Assembly: GCA_029907165.1 (NCBI GenBank)
Contig: JARYMK010000003.1
Location: 1-48,276, forward strand
Origin: Anaerolineae bacterium
Lineage (GTDB): Bacteria > Chloroflexota > Anaerolineae > DTLA01
Direction of reading: 5' to 3'
Length of the DNA: 48,276 bases
Under the pieces are notes generated by a model. It had not been told where the DNA came from. It worked only from the letters and a program-made list of their open reading frames with translations, and did no database searches. Below, piece by piece: positions 1 to 8,183 of the stretch (its first letter is position 1; each line of letters begins with the position of its first letter). A program made the position numbers and the translations under genes.

Positions 1-74
1 ACCGGTTCCGGAGAGACGAGCGCCTCGCCGTGCACCGTGCCCGCCTTGATGACGCGCCCCCGCAATCTCAGCAC
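1..74 (-). CDS. Aconitase X small (swivel) subunit, DUF126; N-terminal part, runs off the window edge
   Basis: Manual translation from GTG at 74 gives MLRLRGRVIKAGTVHGEALVSPEP, the typical DUF126 start. A GGAGGAGG RBS lies upstream and the start overlaps the end of the large-subunit gene. Not in the ORF track. Confidence 0.8.
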   Translation of the reverse strand, partial: MLRLRGRVIKAGTVHGEALVSPEP

Positions 75-1312
75 GCCCCCCTCCTCCGCGGCGGCCAGCA
101 CCCTCGCACCGCCGCATCCAGGCACTCGCCCAGCGTCCCAAGCCGCACCTGGAGGCCCGAATGCGACGGCGCGTAGAAGGCAGCCTTCGCCGAGTTGGTC
201 GCCATCGTCTTGACGCCCAGCGCCTCCACCGGAGCCACCACCAGGCAGGTGTCGCTGACCACATGGCCGCCCGCGTGATCAATCGTTTGCACCCAGCCTG
301 CCGCTTCGGCCCGCCGCCGCGTCTCGCGGGACGTCGTGATCCATAGCAGGCTCCGCACCCGCTTGCCCGCCAGGAACCGCGCCGCATCCCGCAACTCCTC
401 CAGCGACGCATGGGGGCAGCCGATGCTCACGAAGTCAATGCGCTCCAACGGGCTGCTCAAGCGTGCGTACCCCTCGTCCAGCGAGTCAATGGTCAGTTCC
501 TGGGCGTCGGGCCGCACGATGTCATCCAGTTCCGATTCAGGCGTCATCCCCTGCACGTGGAACAGCGCCACCGCGCCCCCCGCGGCCATGGCCGCTGCCA
601 GCGCCCGCAGGTGAAGGGCCGCCGTGATGCCCTCGGCAGTCCAGGCCGCCCCGTCCGCGACGAAGTACGGGATGCCCTTGCCCACACGCCGCCCCACCTC
701 GTAGCCCAGCAGGCCGAAATCTACCTCGGTGCGCACCGGGCAGGCCACACGCACGATGTGGGTGGCGCGACGGTTCTCGGTCAGGTGCAGGCCGTAGCGG
801 GCCGTGCGCCCGCAGATGGCCGCTGCCAGCGCGCTCGGCCCTCCTTCGCGGTTCGTCCGCGCCCCCAGGACCGAATTGGCGAAGGCCACCGCCGACGATT
901 CGCTCCACGCCAGGTGCGACCCCAGGCCCGGCACCTTGCCGATGAGGTACGGCGTGCACGTGCAAGTCATCCCAATCCCCATCTGCGCGTAGGCTTCCAG
1001 CACCTCCATTTGGCGCCGGGCGAACTCCTCCGGCAGGCCCAGCGCCTGCCACTGCTCCAAGTCCACGCCTGCCGGGTTCAGCATGGTGGGCACGCGCACC
1101 CGCGCCCCATCCCGCGCCCATTCCTGAAGGAACAGCAGCCCCGCCTCGCCCAGGTTCTTGTAACTCACGCCCGCCACCTGGACGCTCTCCACCGGCACCA
1201 AATCCTCCGCGCCGTAGATTCTGCCCAGAGCGGTAACGATTTCCATCGCCTTTTGCACGGCCGGGCCTTCCTTGCCCGCCAGCATGTGCTTCTCTTGCCG
1301 CGTGAGGTACAT
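68..1312 (-). CDS. Aconitase X large (catalytic) subunit, DUF521; phosphomevalonate dehydratase large-subunit-like
   Basis: Starts MYLTRQE after an AGGAG RBS. Motifs GVSYKNLGEAG, TCTCTPY, WSESSA, ARTNREG, GCPHAS, DTC and TNSAKAAFY, with three candidate Fe-S cysteines. Confidence 0.9.
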   Translation of the reverse strand: MYLTRQEKHMLAGKEGPAVQKAMEIVTALGRIYGAEDLVPVESVQVAGVSYKNLGEAGLLFLQEWARDGARVRVPTMLNPAGVDLEQWQALGLPEEFARRQMEVLEAYAQMGIGMTCTCTPYLIGKVPGLGSHLAWSESSAVAFANSVLGARTNREGGPSALAAAICGRTARYGLHLTENRRATHIVRVACPVRTEVDFGLLGYEVGRRVGKGIPYFVADGAAWTAEGITAALHLRALAAAMAAGGAVALFHVQGMTPESELDDIVRPDAQELTIDSLDEGYARLSSPLERIDFVSIGCPHASLEELRDAARFLAGKRVRSLLWITTSRETRRRAEAAGWVQTIDHAGGHVVSDTCLVVAPVEALGVKTMATNSAKAAFYAPSHSGLQVRLGTLGECLDAAVRGCWPPRRRGAC

Positions 1313-1362
1313 GCCCACAGATACTCCTGTCCCGAATGGCGGCCCTGCGCCGCCGGGCCCCC

Positions 1363-1390
1363 ATAATATCACAGCGCCCCAGTTTCGCAA
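1363..1390 (-). promoter_or_regulatory. Putative sigma70 promoter for the acnX operon
   Basis: TTGCGA-16 bp-TATTAT with an extended -10 TG on the minus strand, about 50 bp upstream of the start. Confidence 0.45.
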
Positions 1391-1428
1391 CCGGCGGGCA
1401 GGCCCAATGACGCCGATTCAGCGGCCCC

Positions 1429-1448
1429 ATTCGCACGGATTCGCGGTT
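1429..1448. repeat. ATTCGC 10-bp-period repeat, family B
   Basis: attcgcacgg-attcgcggtt; the same pattern occurs at 24037-24066 and, degenerate, at 6286-6307. Confidence 0.55.
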
Positions 1449-1457
1449 GCTCTGCAT

Positions 1458-1526
1458 TGTCATGCTGAGCGAAGCGAATCTTCTCCGTTGACGAGATTCT
1501 TCGGCGCTTCGCGCCTCAGAAGGACA
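1458..1526. repeat. REP-like palindromic element (GTCATGCTGAGCGAAGCGAA...CTCAGAAGGACA)
   Basis: Imperfect terminal inverted repeat tgtcatgctgag / ctcagaaggaca around an inner gaatct...agattc stem. Intergenic. Confidence 0.6.
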
Positions 1527-1579
1527 GCCCACTGGGATTGCCTCCGTCGCCGCATGCCCTCGCAGGACGGTTGCCCGCT

Positions 1580-1608
1580 TTGACGCCGCCCGCCCACTGT
1601 GCTACACT
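1580..1608 (+). promoter_or_regulatory. Sigma70 promoter for the trpD-like gene
   Basis: TTGACG-17 bp-TACACT with an extended -10 TG. Confidence 0.6.
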
Positions 1609-1641
1609 CCACTCAGACCTGACGCACCCGCGAGGAAGACC

Positions 1642-2667
1642 ATGAACTTCAGCGAGATGATTGCGCGCCTCGTCCAGCGGCACGCCCTGGACGAACGAGA
1701 GGCTGAGCAAGCCCTCACCATGGTGCTGGAAGGGGACACCACCCCCGCCCAAACGGCGGCGTTCCTCGTCGCCCTGCGGATGAAGGGCGAGACCATCGCC
1801 GAGATGACCGGCTTCGCGCGGGCCATGCGCAGCAAGGTCATCCCCGTGCGCACGCGCCGCCGCGACCTGGTGGACATCAGCGGGACCGGCGGCGACTACG
1901 CCCGAACGTTCAACATCTCCACCACCGCCGCATTTGTGGCCGCGGGGGCCGGTGCAGCCGTCGCCAAGCATGTGGACCGCTCGGTGTCCAGCCGGTGCAG
2001 CAGCGCCGACCTGTTGGAGCGCCTCGGCATCTGCCTGGCGCTAGACCCCGAACAGATCGCCCGCTGCATTGAGGAGGTGGGCATCGGGTTCCTGTACGCG
2101 CCGCGCCTGCACCCGTCGCTCAAGTACGTGGCCGAAGCCCGCCGCGACCTGGGCATCCAGACGATCTTTGACATCCTGGCGCCGCTCACCAACCCCGCCG
2201 GAGCCGAGGCGCGCGTCCTGGGCGTCTATGCCGGCTCGCTCACCGAACTGCTGGCCGGCGTCCTGCGCGTGCTGGGCGCGGTCTCGGCCTACGTAGTCTA
2301 TGGTGCGGACGGCATGGACGAATTCTCCACGACGGGCGTGAACAAGGTCAGCCGCCTGGAAGGCGGAACCATCACCACGTATGCGCTGGACTCACTGGAA
2401 TTTGACCTGCCGCGGGCGTCGCTGCACGAACTGTCGGGCGGCAGCGTGGACGAGAACGTGGCCATCACGCAGGCCATTCTGTCGGGCGAGCGCGGCGCGC
2501 GGCGCGACATCGTCGTGCTGAACGCCGCCGTGGCGCTGGTGGCCGCCGGCGTCGCCATGGACCTGCGGGAGGGCATCCAGCAGGCCGAGGCCGCCATTGA
2601 CTCCCGAGCCGCCTGGCGCAAACTGCAAGAACTCGGCGCGCTGACGCAGAAACTGAAGGAAGACTGA
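1642..2667 (+). CDS. trpD: Anthranilate phosphoribosyltransferase-like protein with substituted active-site residues
   Basis: LRMKGET, GTGGD, TFNISTTAA, SADLLE, PLTNP and DGMDE motifs. KHGN is changed to KHVD, among other deviations. Confidence 0.8.
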   Translation: MNFSEMIARLVQRHALDEREAEQALTMVLEGDTTPAQTAAFLVALRMKGETIAEMTGFARAMRSKVIPVRTRRRDLVDISGTGGDYARTFNISTTAAFVAAGAGAAVAKHVDRSVSSRCSSADLLERLGICLALDPEQIARCIEEVGIGFLYAPRLHPSLKYVAEARRDLGIQTIFDILAPLTNPAGAEARVLGVYAGSLTELLAGVLRVLGAVSAYVVYGADGMDEFSTTGVNKVSRLEGGTITTYALDSLEFDLPRASLHELSGGSVDENVAITQAILSGERGARRDIVVLNAAVALVAAGVAMDLREGIQQAEAAIDSRAAWRKLQELGALTQKLKED

Positions 2668-2709
2668 CCCGCGCCTGCCGCTTACACCCCACTCGGAGGA
2701 GGGAACCCC

Positions 2710-3846
2710 ATGCGATACCGTCCGTTCGGCAACACCGGAGCCACCGTGAGCGCCCTGGGATTCGGCGCCATGCGCCTGCCCATGACCCCCGACGGCGAGC
2801 ACGTGGACGAGGACTGCGCCATTCCGGTCATCCAGCGCGCGCTGGAACTGGGCATCAACTACCTGGACACCGCCCCGTACTACTGCAAAGGCGAGAGCGA
2901 AATCGTGCTGGGCAAGGCCATCAAGGGCTGGCGCGACCGCGTGTACATCTCCACCAAGAACCCGCTGGACAACCCTGACCCGGGCGAGTTCCGCAGGTGG
3001 CTGGAGACGTCGCTGCGCAAACTGGACGTGGAATACATTGATTTCTACCACATGTGGGGCATGAACAAGGTCAAGTACGAGACGATGGTCGGCACGCCCG
3101 GCGGGCGGCTGGACGAGGCCCGCAAGGCCAAAGAGGAGGGCCTCATCCGCCACATCAGTTTCTCGTTCCACGACACGCCCGAAGTGCTGGAGTGGTTCAT
3201 TGATACCGGCTACTTTGAGAGCATGACGGTGCAGTACAACCTGCTGGACCGGGCCAACGAGGCCGCCATCGCCCACGCCGCAGCCCGTGGCATGGGCGTC
3301 GTCATCATGGGGCCCGTGGGCGGCGGACGCCTGGCCGAGACCTCGCCCGAAATCCGCAAACTCCTGCCCGCGGGCGTGTCGGGAAGCCCCGAACTGGCCC
3401 TGCGGTTCGTCCTGTCGCACCCGGGCGTGCACGTGGCCCTTTCGGGCATGGGCACCATCCAGATGGTGGAGGAGAACGCCGCCACCGCGTCGCGGGAGGA
3501 GCCGCTGAGCGCCGACGAGCGGGCCGCCATCGCCCGCGCCATGGACCAGATGGCCGCGCTGGCCCAATTGTATTGCACAGGCTGCGGCTACTGCATGCCG
3601 TGCCCCAACGACGTGAACATCCCGGAGAACTTCAAGTACATGAACTACTACCGCGTGTACGGCCTGGCCGAGTACGCGCGGCAAGCATATGCCTTTCTGG
3701 GCGACCCGCGCAACCTGTGGATCAAGGGCCTCAAGGCCGAGGCCTGCGTCCAGTGCGGGGAGTGCGAACCCAAGTGCCCGCAGCACATTCCCATCATGAA
3801 GCAACTGGAGGAGGTGGCCGAGGCCCTGGGCGGCAAGACTCGCTGA
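2710..3846 (+). CDS. Aldo/keto reductase with C-terminal 4Fe-4S dicluster domain
   Basis: LGFGAMRLP, GINYLDTAPYY and ISTK, plus CTGCGYCMPCP and CVQCGECEPKCP. GGAGG RBS. Confidence 0.9.
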   Translation: MRYRPFGNTGATVSALGFGAMRLPMTPDGEHVDEDCAIPVIQRALELGINYLDTAPYYCKGESEIVLGKAIKGWRDRVYISTKNPLDNPDPGEFRRWLETSLRKLDVEYIDFYHMWGMNKVKYETMVGTPGGRLDEARKAKEEGLIRHISFSFHDTPEVLEWFIDTGYFESMTVQYNLLDRANEAAIAHAAARGMGVVIMGPVGGGRLAETSPEIRKLLPAGVSGSPELALRFVLSHPGVHVALSGMGTIQMVEENAATASREEPLSADERAAIARAMDQMAALAQLYCTGCGYCMPCPNDVNIPENFKYMNYYRVYGLAEYARQAYAFLGDPRNLWIKGLKAEACVQCGECEPKCPQHIPIMKQLEEVAEALGGKTR

Positions 3847-3878
3847 CGCGCCAGAAACTTCAGCGATGGAAGGGCGCT

Positions 3879-3953
3879 TTCACCGCAGAGTGCACAGAGG
3901 CCGCAGAGACCTTCCAGAACCTTCTCTGCGTTCTCCGCGTTCTCGGCGGTGAA
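3879..3953. repeat. Palindromic repeat family A (CACCGCAGAG x3 arm), copy 1
   Basis: ttcaccgcagagtgcacagaggccgcagag ... ctctgcgttctccgcgttctcggcggtgaa. Confidence 0.8.
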
Positions 3954-4000
3954 GGGTGGTTTCCGAGGAAGTATCGCTTTCCCAACCCAGGAGTTGACCC

Positions 4001-4777
4001 ATGAACCGACGACTTTTCATCCGCGCCACCCTGCTCGCCGGCGCGGCCTCGCTGCTGCGGGCCTGCCTCGGCATCCGCGTGGAGGTAACGCCGCCCGCGA
4101 CCGCGACGCCGCCCGCGGGCACGTCTGTGCCCTCGCCAACGCCCGCGCCGCCCACTGCTACGCCCACCGCCGGCCCCAAACTGCTGGGCAACGAGAACCG
4201 ACCGGGTTTTTTCATCCGCTACTACCGCGCCTTCCCCGCCCCTGACCGCAACGCCTGGCGGCTGCGCGTGGAGGGGATGGTGGAGAATCCGGGCGAGTTT
4301 GACTACCAGGCGGTGCTGGGCTGGCCGCGCGTGGCCCAGGTCTCGCGCATGAAGTGCGTGGAGTGCTGGTCGGCCAAGGCCAAGTGGGAGGGGTTCACCT
4401 ACGACACGCTGGCCGCCATCGTGAAGCCGCTCCCAACGGCCACGCACGTGCGGTTTGACTGCGCCGACGAGTACTGGGAAGTGGTGTCCATAGAGGAACT
4501 GCGCGCGCCCCGGGTGCTGTTCGTCCTCAAAATGAACGACGAACTCCTGCCGGACGAGTACGGGGCACCCCTGCGCATGATTCTGCCGTCCAAGTACGGG
4601 TACAAGGGCGCGAAGGCAGTGCACACGCTGACGTTCCAGGACAAGGACGGACCGGGCTATTGGTCATTCGTCGGGCCGTACACCATCAGCGGGGACATTG
4701 AGCCGGGCATGGATCACCCACTGGATTTGGGCGGTGGCGCGCGGCCCATACCCGGCGGTGAGATCACCGAGTATTGA
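4001..4777 (+). CDS. Tat-exported molybdopterin-dependent oxidoreductase (sulfite oxidase / MsrP-YedY family)
   Basis: MNRRLFIR twin-arginine signal and a Pro/Thr linker. Motifs WRLRVEGMVE, CVECW (Mo-ligating Cys), YGAPLRMILPSKYGYKGAK and GYW. Confidence 0.85.
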   Translation: MNRRLFIRATLLAGAASLLRACLGIRVEVTPPATATPPAGTSVPSPTPAPPTATPTAGPKLLGNENRPGFFIRYYRAFPAPDRNAWRLRVEGMVENPGEFDYQAVLGWPRVAQVSRMKCVECWSAKAKWEGFTYDTLAAIVKPLPTATHVRFDCADEYWEVVSIEELRAPRVLFVLKMNDELLPDEYGAPLRMILPSKYGYKGAKAVHTLTFQDKDGPGYWSFVGPYTISGDIEPGMDHPLDLGGGARPIPGGEITEY

Positions 4778-4903
4778 CGTCGGTCCCCCAAGGGGAAACC
4801 CGGCGTCAGTTACAGGGGTCTGGGCTTATGGCCGCCATCTCTGAAGCGCTATTCCTCGCAGGATTCTTCAGAGGATGAGCCGGAGAGGATACGATAGACG
4901 CCC

Positions 4904-6259
4904 TCAAGGAGCGGCCATGCGCTGCACCTTTCGCACGTAAGCGTCCGCGTCAAACTTCCGCCGCAGGCCGTTGGCGTTTATGTAGCGCACGCTGCCGAAG
5001 ACGGGGCGGCTGGCCCAGGGACGGTCATGCTTGCCAAAGCACCAGGCCACGCCGGCGAACCCGTTGGGGTCTCGGCCATCCAACTCGTACTTGTTGTTCA
5101 GATAGAGCGCGATGCGGAAAGCCTCGGCGGCGGATGGCGTCCACTCCAGAATCTTCTTGCCCCAGTACATCCGCATGTAGCCGTGCATCTTGCCCGTAAC
5201 GATCATCTCGCGCTGGGCCGCGTTCCAGTAGGTGTCGTGCGTCTGCCCGCGCTCCAGTTCGTCCCGTGAGTACAGGTACTCTCGTGCATCCTCCTCGTGC
5301 TCCGCCAGCGTCTTCAGCGCCCACGAAGGCAGGCTATCGGGCGAATCGTAGTGCGGATTGTAGAACACGAAGTTCATGCTCAGTTCGCGGCGCACGATGA
5401 GTTCCTCCAGGTACGCCTCGGCACCCGAGCCGCCTTCCCGCTGAACCTCCAGTGCAATGTACAGGGGCGAAATCTGCCCAAAGTGAAGGTAGGGGCTCAT
5501 GTGGGACGCGGCGTCTTCGTTGGGATCGTTGCGCAGGTCGGCGTAGTGGCGCAGGTGGTTGCGCACGAACTTGGCCAGGCGATGCTTGGCCTCTGCGGTA
5601 CCGCCGCGGAATAGTGGCGAAGGGGGCACGCTGCGGTCAATGTTCAGGAGCGATAGAACAGCCGACTCGTCGGCGAGGGGCACGGAGTCCAGGTTCAACC
5701 CCAGCGAGTCCACGCGGGGCAGGCCCTCGCGGAGCGGCACGAGGAACTCGGCCAGCCGCCTGTGGATTTTGGGTCGCAGGGTGGCCGCCGAGTACTCCTC
5801 CTTCGCCGAAGCCGTCTCCACCGGCACGACCACGTCGCCCTCTACCTGGATCAGCGGGCAGGCCATCCGCTCGGCTGCGCTTGCCCGCCACCGACGCTGA
5901 ATGCGCAGGTAGCCTCGGTCGGTTACGGCGAGGGCGGCCGCGTGCGCAAGTTCTACGGCCACGTCGTCAGGCTGGCCCAGACGCACCGCCATCTGGATGC
6001 CGCGCTCGCGCAGGGCTGCCTGCGTCTCACGAAGACCCTCCAGCATGAAGCGATAATGTCGTAGATTGGCTTCGGGAAATGTGTCCGTCAGCCCGAAGCC
6101 CACCACCAGCGGCTTGTTCCGCTGGTTTGCCAGGTGCAGGGCGTACTCCAGCGCGTGATTGTACTCCGCGCGCTGCGACGCCTGCATCCAGTAGAGCACA
6201 TACTGGCCGGGGCGTTCGGGCTTGCGGTTGAGTATATGGACACGTTCGGGCTGGATCAT
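4904..6259 (-). CDS. phr: Class II CPD photolyase
   Basis: VLYWMQASQRAEYNHAL, SHMSPYLHFGQIS, EELIVRREL, WNAAQ, GKMHGYMRMYWGKKILEW and DGRDPNG (class II signatures). Start placed at MIQPERV. Confidence 0.92.
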   Translation of the reverse strand: MIQPERVHILNRKPERPGQYVLYWMQASQRAEYNHALEYALHLANQRNKPLVVGFGLTDTFPEANLRHYRFMLEGLRETQAALRERGIQMAVRLGQPDDVAVELAHAAALAVTDRGYLRIQRRWRASAAERMACPLIQVEGDVVVPVETASAKEEYSAATLRPKIHRRLAEFLVPLREGLPRVDSLGLNLDSVPLADESAVLSLLNIDRSVPPSPLFRGGTAEAKHRLAKFVRNHLRHYADLRNDPNEDAASHMSPYLHFGQISPLYIALEVQREGGSGAEAYLEELIVRRELSMNFVFYNPHYDSPDSLPSWALKTLAEHEEDAREYLYSRDELERGQTHDTYWNAAQREMIVTGKMHGYMRMYWGKKILEWTPSAAEAFRIALYLNNKYELDGRDPNGFAGVAWCFGKHDRPWASRPVFGSVRYINANGLRRKFDADAYVRKVQRMAAP

Positions 6260-6314
6260 CGCTGCTCGCCCTGCTAGCAATCCCAAATCCGCGTCTATTC
6301 GCGAGTTCCCGCCC

Positions 6315-8183
6315 CTATGGGACGGCAAACTCCCGATCCACCGTTAGGTCGGTCTGGAACTCGCGCAGCGCCCCGTCCGCGCCCCGGACGACGACCCGCA
6401 GCGGTATGCCCCACGTCCCCGGTTGCTTCTGCACATACAGGCGATAGGTCGCACCCCCCACGACAGACGCGGGCAGCCGGTAGCGGAAGGCCACCTCGTG
6501 CGTTTCGCCGGGCTTGAGCACCAGCAGGCCGTCCCACACCGCAAGGCCGGCCTCGGACTCGGCCAAGTCGCCGTCCTCCAGCCCTTCGCGGCTCATCAGT
6601 TCCGCCCCCGCCGGCACGAACACGCGCACGTAGTCCCAGTAGCAGCGGTCCATCATGTCCTGGTACGTATCGCCGTAGCGCGACTCGTGCACGCACACGT
6701 CCATGCGGGCCTGCGACCCGTGGGCGTAGCGAATCCGCAGCGTGGCGGTGGCGTCGTCCAGGTTCACCGTGTACGTGATGGCCTGCTGGATCATCGGGTT
6801 CACCTTGTTGAACCCCACGTTGCTGTCCACGACGAACAGGTAATCGCCCTGCGCCGGGATGATGCCGCCGTCCCACTTCTGGTCGCGTAGGGTGTCCTGC
6901 ACGGGCGGCAGGTACAGCAGCAGGTGGCGCTCGTCCAGCAGGCGCAGGGCTGTCTGCCCAACCTCGCCCATGTCCAGTTTGGCCGTATCCTTCAGCAGGC
7001 GCTGGACTACGGCCTTCGCCAGCACGCCCATGAAGTTCTTGCGGAGTTTCCACCACTTCGCCTCATCGCTGGTGATGGTCGGGCCGCCCACCGGCGACGC
7101 CCAGTAGTGCTGGATGCGCTCCATCAGGTTGTCGGCGGTGATGGTGTCGTCGTACTCGTCCAGGCGGATGGGGTCGGTCGCGGCGACCAGGAGTTGCAGC
7201 GCGGGCGTGTCCATCGCGATGACCCCATGCACCCGCTGGCCGGTGTCCTGCTCGTACAGTTCCCAGGCCTTGCGGGCCGAGGTGGGGAAGTCGGCCCACC
7301 AGTTGGCGTCGCGCAGCAGGAGAATCTGCGCCCACATGTGGGTCTCCAGCGCGATGGGCGGGATGGGGTGCGGCTTGGTCAAGTCCATGACTGAGTAACT
7401 GTCGGCGAAGGTGATGGACTTGATCTCGCCCCGTTCCACTTCCACAATCCCCACGCCGCTGATGAACCCCCCCGTGGCGCGGATTTCGTCGCTGTTCTGG
7501 GCCAGGATGAGGTAGCGGCGCGGGCCATTGCCCCCCAGCAGTTCGGGCGCGGCAGCCAGCACGTCCGGCGCGGCGGTCAGCACGGGCAGCGCCCTGTCCA
7601 GCAAGGGAGCGAACCGCGCCAGCCTAGGCGACAGGCGGCGCGTGTCCACTCGGCCCCACGCCTCCGCCGCACGCCGCAGGGCCTGCTCGGCGTCGCGCAG
7701 GGCTGCCGTGTCGCCCGATGTGCGCGTCGCCAGCGCGGCCAGCATCGTGCCCATGCCGTCGGGCAGCGCCGCTACCGCTGGCTTTGCCTCGGCATACAGG
7801 AGTGCGCCGCCGTCCAGCAGGTTCTGCGCCATGTCCACCAGATTCGGCAATGCGGCCAGGTCGCCCCCGATGCTGGGTACCCAGCCGAACCACGCGGCCG
7901 TCTGCGCCACGAACCCCCAATCGCGCCGCGCGGCTGCCATCAGACGGCGGGTCGCGTCCAGGTGCGCGCCGAGTTCGTCGGCGGCTCCGGTTCGGCTCAA
8001 CCCGCGAAAGCCTGCGCTTCGCACGGTACTCCAGTAGGCCGCCTCGGCCCGCGCTTGGCGCACCAGCCCCGGAAGACGCACAAGCCGCGGCCCGAAGCCT
8101 ACCAGAAGCCCGGCCAGAAGCCCAACGATGATCCAGAAGATGGCCGAATGGTAGAAGCGGCGAGGCGTGGCGTCCAGGCTCAT
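6315..8183 (-). CDS. DUF4012 domain membrane-anchored protein
   Basis: N-terminal TM segment, then RYLILAQNSDEIRATGGFI, LRDANWWADFPTSA, VVDSNVGFNK and YVQKQPG. Confidence 0.8.
   Translation of the reverse strand: MSLDATPRRFYHSAIFWIIVGLLAGLLVGFGPRLVRLPGLVRQARAEAAYWSTVRSAGFRGLSRTGAADELGAHLDATRRLMAAARRDWGFVAQTAAWFGWVPSIGGDLAALPNLVDMAQNLLDGGALLYAEAKPAVAALPDGMGTMLAALATRTSGDTAALRDAEQALRRAAEAWGRVDTRRLSPRLARFAPLLDRALPVLTAAPDVLAAAPELLGGNGPRRYLILAQNSDEIRATGGFISGVGIVEVERGEIKSITFADSYSVMDLTKPHPIPPIALETHMWAQILLLRDANWWADFPTSARKAWELYEQDTGQRVHGVIAMDTPALQLLVAATDPIRLDEYDDTITADNLMERIQHYWASPVGGPTITSDEAKWWKLRKNFMGVLAKAVVQRLLKDTAKLDMGEVGQTALRLLDERHLLLYLPPVQDTLRDQKWDGGIIPAQGDYLFVVDSNVGFNKVNPMIQQAITYTVNLDDATATLRIRYAHGSQARMDVCVHESRYGDTYQDMMDRCYWDYVRVFVPAGAELMSREGLEDGDLAESEAGLAVWDGLLVLKPGETHEVAFRYRLPASVVGGATYRLYVQKQPGTWGIPLRVVVRGADGALREFQTDLTVDREFAVP

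Noticed and set aside
4815-4903. SRP RNA or 6S RNA
   Set aside because: It lacks the SRP GGAA-loop consensus and is too short for 6S. Retained only as an unassigned structure.
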